DNA of 63,717 nt, filler included, from Octopus bimaculoides (taxonomy: Eukaryota): NCBI RefSeq assembly GCF_001194135.2. It is 4 parts of 4 records of this genome, joined end to end, with 100 filler letters (N's around TTAATTAATTAA, not from the genome) between each part and the next. Parts side by side here need not be neighbours in the genome. Positions count along the whole stretch, not along the records: positions 24,172 to 50,907 come from NC_069004.1; 3 more parts are not named here. The stretch is one strand, 5' to 3'. Both the position numbers and the translations under genes were made by a program. Below the pieces are notes generated by a model, which was not told the DNA's origin, ran no database searches, and was given only the letters and a program-made list of their open reading frames with translations. Position 1 is the stretch's first letter; each line of letters starts with the position of its first letter. Shown here piece by piece: positions 34,327-47,628 of the stretch.

Positions 34327-35592
34327 NNNNNNNNNNNNNNNNNNNNNNNNNNNNNNNNNNNNNNNNNNNNNNNNNNNNNNNNNNNNNNNNNNNNNNNNNN
34401 NNNNNNNNNNNNNNNNNNNNNNNNNNNNNNNNNNNNNNNNNNNNNNNNNNNNNNNNNNNNNNNNNNNNNNNNNNNNNNNNNNNNNNNNNNNNNNNNNNNN
34501 NNNNNNNNNNNNNNNNNNNNNNNNNNNNNNNNNNNNNNNNNNNNNNNNNNNNNNNNNNNNNNNNNNNNNNNNNNNNNNNNNNNNNNNNNNNNNNNNNNNN
34601 NNNNNNNNNNNNNNNNNNNNNNNNNNNNNNNNNNNNNNNNNNNNNNNNNNNNNNNNNNNNNNNNNNNNNNNNNNNNNNNNNNNNNNNNNNNNNNNNNNNN
34701 NNNNNNNNNNNNNNNNNNNNNNNNNNNNNNNNNNNNNNNNNNNNNNNNNNNNNNNNNNNNNNNNNNNNNNNNNNNNNNNNNNNNNNNNNNNNNNNNNNNN
34801 NNNNNNNNNNNNNNNNNNNNNNNNNNNNNNNNNNNNNNNNNNNNNNNNNNNNNNNNNNNNNNNNNNNNNNNNNNNNNNNNNNNNNNNNNNNNNNNNNNNN
34901 NNNNNNNNNNNNNNNNNNNNNNNNNNNNNNNNNNNNNNNNNNNNNNNNNNNNNNNNNNNAAAAAAAAAAAAAAAAAAAAAGAAAGAAAAACCTGTTCTAA
35001 ATCTTTTATTGTTTACTGCCCCAGAAATGTTGGCTGTTTACATGTCTGCAATAAATGCTGGAATTTTGCCAAATTACTTCGCCTAAGACATGTGGATGGA
35101 TCACAGACAAATATATTTTTCAGTATGTGTTGCATATGTTGGAAGGAAGAGAATGATAATTGTTGTGGTGATGCTGCTGTTGATGATGATGTGGTGGCAG
35201 TGGTGGTGGTGGTGGCTGTGTTGCTGATGGTGGTTGTGTTCATGACGGTGGCAGTGGTGATGATATTGGTGATGGTGGTGGTAGTCATGGTGATGTTGGA
35301 TGGTTGTGGTCGTGGTGATGATGATAAATGTTGACAGTATCACCAAGAACACATCAACAGGGGTTATGGGGAAGTACAACTTTTAATTCAAGAAATTTAT
35401 ATTCAAAATAATTATTTTTTTCCTTTAGCATTGACTTTTATAACTAAAAATTATATTTAAAGCAAAAACTAGTCTACAAATATTCTTTGTTTAATTTCTG
35501 GCAATGGCTTACCGAGAAGGAATGATTCCAACTGCCATTCTTCCACCTCATCTTCTACTGACTTAGCTATGTAAATTATCTTTTAAATTAAG

Positions 35593-35629
<37 letters not shown>

Positions 35630-35633
<4 letters not shown>

Positions 35634-36185
35634 CCGTGATGTACTACCAGGCTGTGGCTCTCATGGCTTCTGATCTTAACTGATTGGAAATATTATCATG
35701 TATATGTTTTGTCTTGGTATAAAAAAGATAGGATCCAGCAAATATTCTGCTCAATACCACAGATTTGTTTGTCGGTTGTTTGACTTTAACCAGTTGAGTA
35801 TGTCCCTTAGTGGCTGATGATTTGTGCATCTCTGATCACGAGCAGAAGTAGTGGGGGAGTATCATAGCCATGTGTTGAGAGGAATTCTTTGGGGCTTGAA
35901 TAATTCACCTCTGGAAACATGGGTGTTTCGTTCATCACCCTTAAACAACCCTTATTCAAGGGCCTTTTGTGCAGGATAGGCTACTCGAACTGAGGAAAAT
36001 TCTAACTGGGTCCCATTTGCAAGGTCATGCGCTGTTTATCTTGAGATGAGATCACCATGTCAGGTACATATGGTTGTGATGCATGTGCCTGGTGTACTCT
36101 TATCAGACTGGCAGTCATAATAGGTACATTGGGTTTCATATATTTGTATCCCAGTGTCACTTAGATGGCATGTGATGTTCTCTCC
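35630..36185. repeat. Interspersed repeat family of unknown class (also 32290-32425 inverted, 62052-62192 and 62320-62570)
   Basis: Co-linear matches among these segments; bounded by (AAT)n, which suggests a retroposon 3' region. Confidence 0.75.
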
Positions 36186-36214
36186 CCCAATAATAATTAT
36201 AGTAATAATGGTTT

Positions 36215-36665
36215 CAAGCTTTCAATGCAAGGCCAGCAGATTTTTTTTAGGGGAAGAGGGTACTATTTGATTAGATTGACCCTAGTACTTGACTGGTACT
36301 TTATTTTACTGATTCTGAATGGAGGAGAAGCAAAATTGGCTTCAGAGATTTGAACATAAAGAGCCAAAAGAAATGGTTTGAAGCATGTTGTCAAATATGT
36401 TAATAATTCTGCCAGTTTGCCATTTCAATAATAATAATGATGATGATGATAATGACTTCAAATTTTGATACAAGGCCAGCAAATTTGGGGGAAGGGTGTT
36501 AGTCAATAGCATCGACCCCAGTATTCAACTGGTACTTATTTTATCAATCCTGAAAAGATGAAAGGCAAAGTTGATTCGTGGTGGAATTCTAACTCAGAAC
36601 ATAAAGGCAGACAAAATGCTGCTAAGCATTTTGCCCAGCATGCTAACAATCCTGCCAGCTTGCTA
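36215..36665 (-). mobile_element. Dimer of SINE family B
   Basis: Two consecutive minus-strand copies separated by an (AAT/GAT)n tail. Confidence 0.8.
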
Positions 36666-36885
36666 TCTTAATATTGATGATGATAATAAAATATACAGAC
36701 TGATCATGAACTTCATGCAAGGTAGCAAGATATTAAATGTTCTGGATAAAGAGGGGAAGAAAAGAGTGCATCATCCTAGACATGGCTGTATCTGTGGACC
36801 TGAATGTAAGGATCAAAGTACAGGGGTGTGAGGTAGGATGTGTAAAATCCAACAAGTAAAAAAGAAACACATTCACAATGTACAA

Positions 36886-37155
36886 CAGCAGTTCCCAAAG
36901 TGGGCAGTACTGCACCCTTGGGGACAGCGGAAAGATCCAGGGAGAGGGGTGTTGAAGAGAAGTGGGGGTGATGATGGGTTGGCCAAAGAAGAGGAGCAAT
37001 GGTTGTATAAACAACAAAATGGTTTAATTAGGTTCAGTTTTATTTGTGAAATAGAGTTGTTTTGAATTTACTTCAGAAAGTGGTCTATATTTGTGGTTGT
37101 GAGTGGGGGTGGGGCACTAGGAATGTGGCCTGGGTTTCAAAGGGGGCAGCAGGTC
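36886..37155 (+). mobile_element. hAT (Charlie-type) non-autonomous element, right end lost in a gap
   Basis: Starts cagcagttcccaaagtgggcagtactgcacccttgggg, resembling Charlie/MER-type termini. Confidence 0.45.
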
Positions 37156-37230
37156 NNNNNNNNNNNNNNNNNNNNNNNNNNNNNNNNNNNNNNNNNNNNN
37201 NNNNNNNNNNNNNNNNNNNNNNNNNNNNNN

Positions 37231-37511
37231 GAACAGCCTGCTCGTGAAATTAACGTGCAAGTGGCTGAGCACTCCACAGACACGTGTACCCTTAACGTAG
37301 TTCTCGGGGATATTCAGCGTGACACAGAGTGTGACAAGGCTGACCCTTTGAATTACAGGCACAACAGAAACAGGAAGTAAGAGTGAGAGAAAGTTGTGGT
37401 GAAAGAGTACAGCAGGGTTCGCCACCGTCTCCTGCCAGAGCCTCGTGGAGCTTTAGGTGTTTTCGCTCAATAAACACTCACAACGCCCGGTCTGGGAATC
37501 GAAACCGCGAT
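37231..37511 (-). mobile_element. SINE family C, partial
   Basis: Near-identical to 23740-24020. Confidence 0.85.
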
Positions 37512-38371
37512 CCAAATTCATCCAGTAGTTATATTGTTATGATGCCTTTATCCTAGACTGAGTGTATTTTGTTTACATCGTTACTTTCTAATAGCACTGG
37601 GAGAGTTATTAAGGGAAGCACTGAAGGAATTTAGGGGTTTAACATGAAACAATGTAAATAATCAACTGGATAGGGTTTCATAGACAGATGAAATGCTCAT
37701 CAGTTGAAGGTTTATCACATAAAGAAGAACAGTGAGATACAAAGGATATCAACCTGAATAATAAAGGATCTTGGCAATAAAGGGACACTGCAGGGTGAAG
37801 AAAGCTGATTAGGAAACTTATTGAAGATGGAAAACTTAAGATTTTAGTTTGTAATAAAGGGAAAGCTGTGGGTGGAGGTTAAGAAATATTGGATGGGTTG
37901 GTTTCCAATTGACAGGTAATTATAGAAATGGTTAGTTGGAGGTAGATAAATAATTAGAATGTACCACCATCAAATTAACTTTTGAATTAATTTTTTTTTT
38001 TTATCTGAGAAATCCAATTCTCATTCAGTGAATTGTGATTACAATTTTCTTTCAATTAATTTTCAAATTAATTCATTCTTATTATTCTTAGATTAAACTA
38101 GTTATTTCAATTTTCATTTTAAACATTCTTTAAATTACCATTTATTATGTGTGTGTGTATGTGTGTGTGTGTGTCAGAGAGAGAGAGATAAAGACAGAAA
38201 GAAGGAGAGACAAGGAACTCATGATTGTAATATGTGGGTGGAAAATTTAAAATATGTGAGAATCTCTCTGAAAGGAATTCTGTAGAAGTTCACTTCCAGA
38301 TTGTCAGCTGGTTAAACCAATCATATGAAAGCTATATATCTTGTGGTTCTACAACGTTCCTGTAGCCTTGG

Positions 38372-38427
<56 letters not shown>

Positions 38428-38549
38428 CATGGTTCCTTTATTAGAAATGATAAACTGGTGAAAGAAATTCTTAATTGATTTTATTTCTACAATTTAATGG
38501 CAACCACAGTTTAACATTCAATAAGTTTAATAATAATAATAATAATTAG

Positions 38550-38940
38550 ATAGTGGTTGTGAATAAAGAGGACCAAAAAACCTGTTTAATTCTAGACATT
38601 ACATGCTCTGGTGATGACAGAGTATCAGAATGAAAAGAGAAGCAGGTGAGACATGATGTTTTGAAGTGGATGTTGTTAAAAACGATGAGTATCCTGCCTG
38701 TTGTTGTTATCGTTGCAGTGTTGGGGACTATAAGTATCAAGCTCACGAATTGAGTGAAAAAAAAAAAAAAAAAATAGGGGCTAAATGTAAAGATACCACA
38801 TCTGCAGCAAACAGTGCTGCTTGGAATTGCTTGAACCCTCTGCCGAGTTTTCAAAATTTCAATGAGGAATGTGACCACTGTTGACTGGTTGCAAACAGCT
38901 GACACTTCATTGCATTCTCCAGCAAAATTGTTGTGTTAAA
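38550..38940 (+). mobile_element. R4/Dong-type non-LTR retrotransposon 3' end (REL endonuclease)
   Basis: IVVVNKEDQKTCLILDITCSGDDRVSE*KEKQ...LPVVVIVAVLGTIS...LQQTVLLGIA matches PDIV..DK...C.IID..P.D..V..KE.EK...V.GALG...LQK..LLGT; (AAT/GAT)n tail. Confidence 0.7.
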
Positions 38941-40165
38941 TAATGATGATGATGATGATACTTTCCACTATAGGCACAATGCCTGCAATTTGGAGGAGGG
39001 GGTGTTAATCAATTATATCAACCCCAGTGATCAACTGGTACTTAATTTATCGACCTTGGCAGCATTTGAACTCAAAACATAAAGATGAATGAAATGTCGC
39101 TAGGCATTTTGTTTGGTGTGTTAACTGCTTTAACCCATTACCTCCCATAATTCTATTAAGCGGAATTTTTTTATGAAACTTTGATCTCTAGCATAAAACA
39201 GCCTTAGAAACACGCTGGAATGATCAAAATAACATTTTAAATAGAAATAAGCTAGATATTGGGTGAAAAATTAGCAAACCTTATTTGAATATCAGAGAAA
39301 TATACCTAGTAGATATAGCAAAAAGGTTAGGTATGTGTAAATATTGACAGATAATTTACGAAATTTGTAATTTTTAAGTGATCTCATATGAGATCACTGA
39401 TAGGTAATGGGTTATTAATAATGATTTTTCAAATTTCTGTCAAGTAAATTCACTCACAAGGCATTGGTCAGCTCAGGACTGTAGTAGAAAACACTCAAGT
39501 GCCATACAGTGGGACTGAACCCCAAACCATGTGGTTGCAAAGCGAGTTCTTAATTACATATCTATAACTGTGCCAGCTAGGATATTAAGAAGTCAATACA
39601 TGTACCAGCTTGGTATATGCTTCTGTAGTTTCTAGCTAACCTGTTGTTTTGTTACTGATCGATCAACAGTGCTGACCTATTGAAATATAGTGGTCATTAA
39701 GTTTTTCTGGACAATGGATTGACCTTATTGATCCAATTGAATGGATTCTCTTGGAGCCAACATCTTACGCACCATCTGCTGGTTGGCATATCTCAGCTAC
39801 AATGTGTGTGTGTGTGTGTATGTGTGTGTGTGTACATGAAATCATTGCTTCCTGATAATTGACCGCTTGATAATTAAAACTCTTGATAGTTGAATGTAGA
39901 GAAACCACTGATAAACCAACATTACACTGAACAGTTAAACTAATCTCGGAACAATTACAGATTAAACCTAGGGCTAAACTATGTTAATCTAGCCAATAGC
40001 ATTCCAGTATATCAAAACCCTAACACCTTTAGCCTTATGGTTGCTAAGTTTCTTTGTAATAAAAGACACGAAGACAATCTGAAAATATAAAATCTATTCT
40101 TTTATAAGCAAGGAATTGGTAAAAGTCCTTTAAAAAAAAAAAAAAAAAAGAAAAAAATGAATAAA

Positions 40166-40325
40166 GGAGTGGCTGTGTGGTAAGTAGCTTGCTTACCAAC
40201 CACGTGGTCCCGGGTTCAGTCCCACTGCGTGGCACCTTGGGCAAGTGTCTTCTACTTTAGCCTCGGGCCGACCAAAGCCTTGTGAGTGGATTTGGTCGAC
40301 GGAAACTGAAAGAAGCCCGTCGTAT
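40166..40325 (+). mobile_element. SINE family A 5' half, low divergence
   Basis: aggagtggctgtgtggtaagtagcttgcttaccaaccac...gaaagaagcccgtcgtata. Confidence 0.9.
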
Positions 40326-41158
40326 ATGTATATNNNNNNNNNNNNNNNNNNNNNNNNNNNNNNNNNNNNNNNNNNNNNNNNNNNNNNNNNNNNNNNNNNN
40401 NNNNNNNNNNNNNNNNNNNNNNNNNNNNNNNNNNNNNNNNNNNNNNNNNNNNNNNNNNNNNNNNNNNNNNNNNNNNNNNNNNNNNNNNNNNNNNNNNNNN
40501 NNNNNNNNNNNNNNNNNNNNNNNNNNNNNNNNNNNNNNNNNNNNNNNNNNNNNNNNNNNNNNNNNNNNNNNNNNNNNNNNNNNNNNNNNNNNNNNNNNNN
40601 NNNNNNNNNNNNNNNNNNNNNNNNNNNNNNNNNNNNNNNNNNNNNNNNNNNNNNNNNNNNNNNNNNNNNNNNNNNNNNNNNNNNNNNNNNNNNNNNNNNN
40701 NNNNNNNNNNNNNNNNNNNNNNNNNNNNATAATAATAATAATAATAGTAATAATGAAATTGAAGAAAAGAATTTTTTTTTTCCTACCCATTTTTCCCCCC
40801 TCCCTTTTTTTAATGAGTAAACCAGAAGAAATGGCAGAAAGTTGAATGGAAATTAATGGCTAAAATCTTTGAAAGAACTTCTTTTCCTTTGACATCAATT
40901 CTTTAAAGATTTTTGACCTGGTTACAATGAACTTGTAGATTGGAAGGAGAGGGGTCGGCGGGTGGAGGAGAGAAATAATAATCCAAGGATAGATGTGGGG
41001 GGGGGGACGGAAGTTGGTGAGGTAGAGTCACAACTGACCGGGTTGTTGATAGTTGGACATCCTCTTAGGTAATCAGCACTTAGGTAATGACATTGCTCCC
41101 ACCCCACCCCACCGTCTCTTTTTCTCTTCATCTGTCTATTTATATAAATATATAGGCA

Positions 41159-41395
41159 CAGGAGTGGCTGTGTGGTAAGTAGCTCGCTTACCAACCACAT
41201 GGTTCCGGGTTCATTCCCACATTCAGAGTTCAAATTCTGCCGAGGTCTGCTTTGCCTTTCATCCTTGTGAGGTTGTCAATAAAACAAGTACCAGTTGAAT
41301 ACTGGGGTCGATGTAATCGACTAGTCCCCCTTCCCTCAAATTTCAGGCCTTGTGCCTACAGAAGAAAGGATTATTATTATTATTATTATTTGGGG
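41159..41395 (+). mobile_element. Chimeric SINE: family A head joined to family B body and tail
   Basis: A head to ggttcattcccac (41220), then attcagagttcaaattctgccgagg... of family B with an (ATT)n tail. Confidence 0.75.
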
Positions 41396-41634
41396 GTCAA
41401 CTACCAGTGCCACATGCTTGCTCCTCATGTGGCCCTCTTGTGCTTTTCAACAAATGCACAGGTTTCTTTCAGGGATACTTTTTTACTGGGTATCCAAGGC
41501 TGTTAGCCATGCAAATCTGGGTGGACTTCTCTCTTCTGTGTGTGTGTGTGTGTGTGTATTTATCAATCTCTCCCCCTGTTCCGTTCCCTTTCTCTCCTTT
41601 CTTGCCACTATCTCTCTCCTCTACTTACCTGCCA

Positions 41635-41680
<46 letters not shown>

Positions 41681-42237
41681 CCCTCATCCTTCTCTACCTT
41701 TCCCCCCTCCCGTCCTTCTTTTCCCTTCCCCTCACCCCTTCTCTCACTGTCTTTCCACTCCCCCTCTTATCTCTCCCTGTTCTCTCTCTACCAATTTCCC
41801 ACCNNNNNNNNNNNNNNNNNNNNNNNNNNNNNNNNNNNNNNNNNNNNNNNNNNNNNNNNNNNNNNNNNNNNNNNNNNNNNNNNNNNNNNNNNNNNNNNNN
41901 NNNNNNNNNNNNNNNNNNNNNNNNNNNNNNNNNNNNNNNNNNNNNNNNNNNNNNNNNNNNNNNNNNNNNNNNNNNNNNNNNNNNNNNNNNNNNNNNNNNN
42001 NNNNNNNNNNNNNNNNNNNNNNNNNNNNNNNNNNNNNNNNNNNNNNNNNNNNNNNNNNNNNNNNNNNNNNNNNNNNNNNNNNNNNNNNNNNNNNNNNNNN
42101 NNNNNNNNNNNNNNNNNNNNNNNNNNNNNNNNNNNNNNNNNNNNNNNNNNNNNNNNNNNNNNNNNNNNNNNNNNNNNNNNNNNNNNNNNNNNNNNNNNNN
42201 NNNNNNNNNNNNNNNNNNNNNNNNNNNNNNNNNNNNN

Positions 42238-42545
42238 CTACCATCACTGCTATTACTACCACCAACACCACCACTACCACTGCTAAAAACCTCTACTATT
42301 ATCACTACCACCACCACTACTTATACCTCCACCACTACTAACATGTCTAACACCACCGCTACTAAAACCTCTACTACCATCACCGCTATTACTACCACCA
42401 CCACTTTCACCCTCACCAGCGCCACCACTACTACCACCACCACCACCACTACTACTACCACCACCACCACCACCACTACTACCACCACCACCACCACTAC
42501 TACCACCACCACTTTCACCTCCACCACTACAACTACCACCACTTT
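42238..42545. repeat. (ACC/ACT)n low-complexity tract
   Basis: Trinucleotide repeats that produce spurious poly-Thr/poly-Val ORFs. Confidence 0.9.
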
Positions 42546-42849
42546 ATCTATCTCACAATTGCAAAACTGCTTCTGGGCAACAAATTCTTTGAGGACAGCC
42601 AACTAGAGATATGAGGAAAATGACAAAATTCAGTTGAGATAATTCTATAAACTGTCTTTTTATACTTCTTGCTGCTAATTCCTTTAGAAGGCAAATGGTA
42701 TTTTCTTCTGTCGGAATGAGATTATCTCAGACAGGACCCAGTTATTAGCAATAATAGAAAGGTACAAATATGGTGAGATTGCTTTTCATGAAATTTCTCA
42801 CAGATAAAACGCTTATGGAGAAATGTTGGTGGGCACAGTGTATGTGTGT

Positions 42850-43130
42850 GTGTAAAAGAGGGGGTATTTGTGTGTGTGTGTGTGTGTGTAAAAGAGAGGG
42901 TGCTTGTGTGTGTGTCTAAATGAGAGAGTGTTCCTGTGTGTGTGTGTGTGTGTGTGTGTAAAAGAGGGAGTATTTGTGTGTGTGTGTGTAAAAGAGAGGG
43001 TGCTTGTGTGTGTGTCTAAATGAGTGTTTCTGTGTGTGTGTGTGTGTGTATGTGCAAAAGAGAGGATGTTTATGTGTGTAAAAGAGAGGGTATTTGTGTG
43101 TGTGTGTGTGTGTGTGTAAAAGAGGTGTTT
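42850..43130. repeat. Minisatellite of aaaagagagggt(a/g)(t/c)tt(gt)n units
   Basis: The unit repeats about 6 times with variable (GT)n. Confidence 0.85.
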
Positions 43131-43719
43131 GTAAGTGTATGAGTGTCACACACTCACACACACACACTTATATGTGAATGCGCATTGGTACATACAAAGT
43201 TCCAAAGTACTCAATACCAGGTGTGTAGTTTTTGAGAGCTTAAGAGTTTCAACTTTTGGCTCTCTTACGAAGTTCCAAATTCTAATGAATACTCTCTCAT
43301 GCTTTCTACCTTCCTCGCTCATCTCTCTCTCCCTCTCCCCATCTCTCTCTCCCTCTCCCCATCGCTCTCTCTCTCTCTCTCTCCACTTGTCTATTTGTGA
43401 GTGTGTATGTGTTTGTTACACACACACTCACATATGTGCCCACCACCACTTGACAACTGTTGTTGGTTTGTTTACGTCCCTGTAATTTAGTTGTTCAGCA
43501 AAAGTGATTGATACAATAAGTACCAGGGTTAAAAAAAGAACTGGTGTCAATTTGTTTAACCAAAAACCCGTTGAAGACAGACATGGTGCCCAGGCAGCTC
43601 TTCAGTTGGCCAACTCCTGTCAAACTGTCGAACCCATGCCAGCATGGAAAATGGACATTAAATAATGATGAAAATTATATATTTATATGTGTGTGTGTGT
43701 TTGTGAATGTGTATGTATC

Positions 43720-45025
43720 ATCATCGTCATCATTTAGTGGCCATTGTCCATGCTGGCATAGGTTGGACAGTTTGACCAGGGCTGGTAAGCTGAGTGGCTG
43801 CACCAGACCCTAGTCTGATTTGGCATGGTTTCTATGGCTGGATGCCCTTCCTTACATGCCAACCACTCCAAGAGTGTAATGGGTGCTTTTACATGCCACC
43901 GGCATGGGTGTTAGTTTGCATGGCACCAGTATCTGCCATGACTATGATTTCACTTGGCTTGATGGGTCTTCTTCTCAAGCACAGTATATTGCCAAAGGTC
44001 TTGGTCATTTGTCACTGCCCCCCATGAGGCCCAGCACTTGGAAGGTCCTTTTACACATGCCACCGGCACAGGTACTATTTACGCAACACCAGCATTGACC
44101 ACATTGCCTCCGTGAGTGCCCAATACTCAAAAGGTGCTTTTTACATGTCACTGGCATGGGTGCCAGTTATATGACACCTTCTCAAGCACGGCATATCACC
44201 AAAGGTCTCAGTCACTAGTCATTGCCTCCATGAGGTCCAACATTTGAAGATCATGCTTCACCACCTCATGCCATGTCTTCCTGGGTCTCCCTCTTCTCTT
44301 CCACAGCTTCCTTTCTACTGGTAGAGATCGGCACTTCTTCACACAACTGTCCACATCCACATCACATGACCGTACCAACACAGTCGTTTCTCTTGCATAC
44401 CACATCTGATGCCTCTTGTGCCCAGCTTTTCTCTCAAGACACCTACACTCTGTCATACATGCTCACTGACATTACACATCCAGTGAAGCATACCAGCTTC
44501 ATTTCTTTCAAGCCTATCCATGCCCTCAGCCGTGTGCAGACAAGGTGCCGAATGCACTTTTACCAAAGGACAAGAAGCTGAACAGACATAAAGCCAAATG
44601 GCCACAATAATAATAACAATAATAATAAAAAAACCATTCCTACCTACATAGTTTAATGACCAATTCAGTGTGTCAAATGGTCATATTGTAGGAGTAAAAT
44701 GATTATCATATATTTTAATTTTCGTATGTCTTTTTGGCATCTTGTCTCTTTGGCTTTATGTCCATTTGGCATTGTGTCTGTTTGGCTTCTTGTCCTTTGG
44801 CAAAAGTGCATTCGGCATCCTGTCCATGTACCGTCCTCGGCAGTCAGCCCATGTTTCACTGCCATGTAACATGGCTGTTCACACACAGGCATCATACAAT
44901 CTGCCTTTCACTCTGAGAGAGAGGCCCTTTGTTACCAACAGAGGTAGGAGCTCTCTGAACTTTGCCCCACCTATTCTTATTCTAGCAGCTATGCTCTCAG
45001 AGCATCCACCCCTACTACTGACTTG
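43720..45025 (-). mobile_element. 5'-truncated RTE LINE (same family as 11385-12305), interrupted by a MITE
   Basis: GGCSESIAARIRIGGAKFRELLPLLVTKGLSLRVKGRLYDACV; later RGRPRKTWHEVVKHDL; 3' UTR with repeated AAAAGCACC motifs and a (GAT)n tail. Confidence 0.9.
44531..44833. mobile_element. MITE with modular TIRs inserted in the RTE
   Basis: gccgaatgcacttttaccaaaggacaagaagc vs gcttcttgtcctttggcaaaagtgcattcggc; 15-16-bp subrepeats; imperfect 8-9-bp TSD (ccctcagc / tcctcggc). Confidence 0.75.
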
Positions 45026-47628
45026 GTATGTCTGTGTGTATGAATATGTATATATATGTATATATGTGTGTGAATATACACACATATATATTCTTCATCT
45101 TTTTTTTTCTGTCACATTTCATTTTGATATTACAGTAATTTTCTCATTTGGTAATTTTGTATCAACCGTATAGTACACATTATTCAATATGTAATAACAA
45201 ACACTATATTTTTCTTCATTTTAAACATTTAGATTTCAAAAATTGCCAATAAAGCAATGGATATTTAAGATATAAGCATATTATATGTCCATTATGGAAA
45301 CATATGTACAGTAGTTATTTAAATAACCCTTTTAAATATATATTATATATTGCCATATATTTCATCTAAAATATGCATTATATATCGTTAAAAAATATGT
45401 ATTGTTATACACTTGTCATCTACTGGCTATATGACTAACAACATGGAGCTCACCAGATAATGACAGCTGTATTATGTTCTACATTAATCATTATTCATAG
45501 AATAAATCATTGATTTACTTCATAATGTTCCATCACTGCAGACACAGTTTAGTAATTATCATGTCAGTGCTGTAAACAGGGAACAAGTGTGAGTATATAT
45601 ATGGACTTGGTGAAGAAGAAACTGTTAAATATATAACTAGTGGATTAGGTGGTGAGAGGATTCTGTTGTATTGTAGTGGTAGATAGCTATTAATATCGTA
45701 CTGACGATGACGGTGGTGGTAGTGGTGGCAATGGTGGTGGTGGTGGTGGTGTCGATGGTCAGTTTGTATAAATGAAATGCAAAATGGCAGCCTGGAAGAA
45801 GAGAGAAGAAGACCAATGGCAAACATGTTTAGGGCAGCTTCCTGTTCTCTGTTATTATTAGAATTGAATGACTAGGGAAAAATAGAAATCGAGAGTCTGA
45901 ATGAATGCAATTGTGATTTGATCATTTCTCAATAAAAACAGTTTTTAGAAATATGTTCCGTTGTGTTTGTGATATATTCCAAAATGGTGGAGGCCTTGTT
46001 ACCAAACTCTGCTGCCAGTTGTTGATATTTCCTCCATAAACAACTTATTGTATAGCATGACAGTCTGGCAATTGCAACAGTGCTCGTTTCTTTGGTAATG
46101 ATGTCAATTAGTGACAGCTCTTATTGATTTGGAATCATTTGTAATTAAAACTGTTTCCTTTAAGCGGGATTCCAATAGACGCAGGGTATTATTTCACAAG
46201 AGAGCGAGACACGAACAGAGAAATATTCAATGTTGCTGATTGAGGAAGTCATGGCTTGAACTTGACAATTTCAGCGTTGTTCAAACACAATAATTACTGG
46301 TTGGAAATATGGTTAGGAAAGAATGTTTTCTGTCTAAAGGAAACTTGAATTCTTTGATGTTATGTAATGTCTGTGGCATCCTGTATGACTTTGATGTAAT
46401 GTCTCTGGCTTCCTGTACAAGTTTTCTTCCTAAACAACTGTCTTGATATGCTCCTCACTCCCTCTTTCTCTCTTGCCCCTATATTTACAACATTCATTAT
46501 TTCAAACCCTGTCAATTTCTTCTTCTTTCTCTCCTTCCTTCCCAACCCCCTGTCTGCAGTCAGGTCATATTTTATGCCACCGTCTCCCCAGCACAAACAT
46601 ATCCATTCTCACAACAATAGGCGCCAGCATTTACCAATCCCTTCTCTTCAACCGATCGGTTTCTCCTTTGTCCATCCAATTAATTTTTAATTGGTTTCAT
46701 TATGGATTGTGTTCAAAGATTCTTCTTGACATTTGGTTCAATCCTTTGATCTTCTGGGATTCAACAGATAATGTCACGTAACTTTCTTCTGGCAAGAGTT
46801 TGTGACAAAGTCTTCCCAGTCACTCCAGTATTTATTAAGGACTACAAATAAAGTTGATTTATTAATACTCTAACTTGATACAGATGGGTATATGGGTATA
46901 AAATGGCTGAGTGTGAGGAAGGTAAACACCACTACCTCGTGCAATTAAACCACTGTCCGGTGGTTTAATTAATCGATGGTCATTACAAGAATCCAGATAA
47001 AATGTAAACACTGGGACAAATACTGCAAAGCATTGGTGGGGGTGGAGGTGGGGGGGCACTCTAATAATCCTGTCAGTTTTTTGCCTCAGACCTTTAGCTT
47101 TCAGATTAATCTGCCAAATCTTATGCATATTTATTCACATTGTTTTGAATTAATCATGCATTATCTCATAGCTTTGAGATTTTGATGATGCGATTGATTA
47201 TTTTAAGAATAACATTGTCAGGAAGGTGTGAGAGGCTGGATCTGGCCAGTTTGTACATAAAACAGGCAAAATATTTGGGCCAGACATGCGCGGTTTAAAT
47301 GCTAAAGTGTTAATAACAATTTTCTTTCTACTATAGGCACAAGGCCTGAAATTTGAGGGGAGGGAGCTAGTTAACTACAAATTTGTACAGGATTAAAAAT
47401 CAAAAAAACGAAAGGATTGAAAAAATGAAGCTGCATCTATTTGCGATGGATGTATGAATATAGTTTGAGTCCAGATATGGATTTTGCTATGATGTCACTA
47501 TAATAATAATAATAATAATAGTTTATATAGAGGACTGGAAACTCAGCAGAAATGTAATAGATAGATAGATAAGTTCTTAACCTCTCTATAAACTAAAAAA
47601 TGAATTAGACTGACATTTATTTTATTTT

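Noticed and set aside
36735-36860. LDKEGKK / ECIILDMAVSVDLNVRIK, resembling the REL endonuclease motif at 38550
   Set aside because: It probably is an R4-type scrap, but it is under 40 codons and frameshifted, so it is not listed as a feature
41350-42606. Longest supplied ORFs (418 aa and similar ones spanning X runs, e.g. 34198, 52049, 12972)
   Set aside because: They are open only because of N gaps and microsatellites (poly-Thr, poly-Val, HT/CV/IY dipeptide repeats)
45950-46830. Possible L1/Tx1-like ORF1/APE remnants on the minus strand (RRKLRDIIC*IPE)
   Set aside because: The similarity is limited to a few residues and interrupted by many stops; it cannot be supported without an alignment
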